Shown here: positions 61,646 to 64,000 of the stretch, one piece after another
How positions within the stretch are numbered: the stretch's first letter is position 1
Layout of the letters: every line of letters starts with the position of its first letter
Assembly: GCA_002633005.1 (NCBI GenBank)
Contig: NMRA01000172.1
Span: 3,825-67,824, forward strand
DNA length: 64,000 nt
Origin: Phoronis australis
Lineage: Eukaryota > Animalia > Phoronida
Direction: 5' to 3'
The notes under the pieces: model-generated
What the model saw: the letters and a program-made list of their open reading frames with translations, nothing else
Database searches by the model: none
What the model was told of the DNA's origin: nothing
Made by a program: the position numbers and the translations under genes

Positions 61646-63441
61646 CGAATGCATGCACTGAGCCTCTGTGACCCAGGGTGCCAAAGCCATCAATCTTAAA
61701 TCCTCACTACAGGGTGAACAGAGACGGAATCGAGTCCCCATTCTTCATTGGTTGAAAACAGGACACCATGTCTTTCACAAATATTGTTCTCTGGCGGAGA
61801 GCCTGGACTACTTTCTCACGAACTTGGTATTCACTTTCTCACTATTGCACTGCTATTCCTGTTCGCCGGGCAAAGCACAGCCATTTTGAACTTCAGTTGG
61901 ATATTACATTTTTTTCGGTAAATTTGGATCATTTTAAATTTTTCGAAGCGCATTCTGAATATTTCCAGTAATTTTTGTATAAAACTGATAGGCAATGATT
62001 CTTACATGAAGAGCAACATCGTCAGCGAGTCGCACTAGCACAATGCCAACTTTTAATACCCGCTTATGGCATTATTGGCCGAATGGAAGTCAAGTTGTGG
62101 TGTAACGGATCTGGGAATGGAAATCAGTGGGCCTCGTGGTCATTGAGTGTTTAGTCATTGAGCACATTTATGAGAACTTACTTTTGACCAGAGTGAAATA
62201 TGACCAAAAAGACCTTCAAAAAGGTAACAGTTTGCTTTATGAATTTTTAGCAAGTGTTTAGCCAGTTAGGTGCTTATGTAGAACTATGACTGATCACCTT
62301 TTGGCGAATAGCAAATAAACATGGCATGAGAATAGCGTTTACAGAACTTGCCACAAAGATTAGATTTAGTGCATTGGAAACACAATGAATATTGGTAATA
62401 GGATGTCTGCAGGTGATCAGGGTGTATGTTGCAAAGGCAATTTATAAGTCATGAGTGAAGAATTATGGTATGTTGCGCAAGTCAAAAAATGGTTCAAGCT
62501 GAGTTTTAGTTTGAATAGAACGTTTCAGCAGCACCAGTAGAACAAAACGTTTGTAACCAGTATTTATAAATTAGTTTACTATAACTTAAAACACAAAAGG
62601 TTGTAAATATGATTTTTATTGCATTACTGTATGAAAAACCTGTACGTTATAAATGTCTCACAAATCAAAAATATATGCAAAACTAGCGTAGTGGATGATT
62701 AAATACATGATAAGACTTTAAGGATCACTTTCAAACTACGATTAATGCTCAGAATACTAAAATCACTCTCTCCTGGATTGTGACCTCAATCAATTGCCTT
62801 TATAATTCGAGACCACAGCTTGTATGCATTGCAGCCTATGGGTGTTACAAAAGACACCCTCATTAATGGTCTCCATTGGGTTAGAAGTCATATAAGGTAC
62901 TTTTGTGTCACGTATTAGCCCCTAGGTGGTTATTTTTTCAGACAATTTTTGACCTGAGATTTATTCAAAACGGGAGCTTGTTTAAAACCCAGCACTTCTT
63001 CAACAAGGAGTTTTGCAGACCTGGCACTCACTGTTGCACTCACTGTTGTACTCACTGTTGCGTGCTTAAGAAGCCATATTTATAATCAACAACTAGAGAC
63101 ATCTATACACACGCTAATAAAATACACCAACACAAATTAACAAACGTCCAGTAAAACAGTAAATTGTGGTCAAAGATGTTCTTTCAATTAGTCTTAAATT
63201 ACCACCCCAGGCACTTTATTTAACAATAGTGTTTTTAACTGGCTTTTACCTGGCACTTGTTCGAGACTTGCACTAATTAAAAGACCAGCGCTAATACGTG
63301 ACACTACGATATGTTAGAACAACCTTTCTGAAGTTACAAGGGAAGGTCAAAATAGATTAACTAACCCGGCATTTAGTGAAAGAACGGTTGTGTTTCATAG
63401 ACCAATGTACGGAAATCACGCAAACCAGAATCCTTAGGGTA

Positions 63442-64000
63442 TTACAGTTTAGCCTTGCTTTGAAAAAAATTCATGATGGCATTCATGCATTCATCGCCCT
63501 GCCACCTCTCTTCAAGACGGTCGCATTCGGCGGCATTCACTTTGTGCAGAACTTCGTTATCCATACTACGAATGAGACCTTTGGAGAACCTCATTGTCTG
63601 CAACAATATCGCACAAGCATTACATACATGTTACACATGACATTTTAATTTACACCATTTTCCTATGCCTTATATGGTTAAGTAGGCTATTAAATTATTT
63701 GATTTTTCCCACCTTTCATTATTGGAATTCTATTGTACACATTTTTTCCTTCATGCTTAGAAAAAAATTCTGGTGCCAAACTGCAAGTGAAATGTTTAGA
63801 AATCACGGGAGGTTCATTGTAATTTTGTTCAACTGTAACTGAATCAACCAATCATCAGACAATTGTTCCACGTCTCCCCACTTACATTCTTCGGCAGTTT
63901 AGCGAACTTGTTCACTTTTTGCCAAGCTTCTTTCTGGAAACTGTCATCAGGGAACACATCTGTGACCAGACCCCTATCACTTGCTTCTCTAGCTGTCAAC
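63442..64000 (-). CDS. ECI2: Enoyl-CoA delta isomerase 2, last two exons (gene continues beyond the window)
   Basis: Exons >64000-63886 (LTAREASDRGLVTDVFPDDSFQKEAWQKVNKFAKLPKN) and 63597-63442 (TMRFSKGLIR...LHKVNAAECDRLEERWQGDECMNAIMNFFQSKAKL*). C-terminal PTS1-type AKL. Confidence 0.92.

Overview
AT-rich, intron-containing animal genomic DNA (bilaterian invertebrate inferred; species not determinable) with two N gaps (9878-10152, 41075-41537). Host genes reconstructed by hand from GT-AG junctions: (1) a ~1879-aa two-exon GRL101-like receptor (signal peptide, CUB repeats, 2 C-type lectin domains, LDLa repeats, LRRs, 7TM) on +; (2) a divergent, apparently stand-alone CARNS1-like ATP-grasp ligase on -; (3) a dynein light chain roadblock gene on -; (4,5) two tandem RMDN1-like paralogs on +; (6) the last two exons of ECI2, ending in AKL, on -. 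Mobile DNA includes two related LTR retrotransposons with non-canonical CGCCA...TGGC(G/A) termini (one has a 3-bp TSD, the other a LADD RT motif; Troyka-like), two THAP-bearing Kolobok-like ends, a MITE with a 5-bp TSD carrying a tRNA-like A/B-box cassette, a foldback element family, LINE scraps and a partial DYNLRB duplicate. All calls come from reading the sequence and recalled family motifs; no database search was run.
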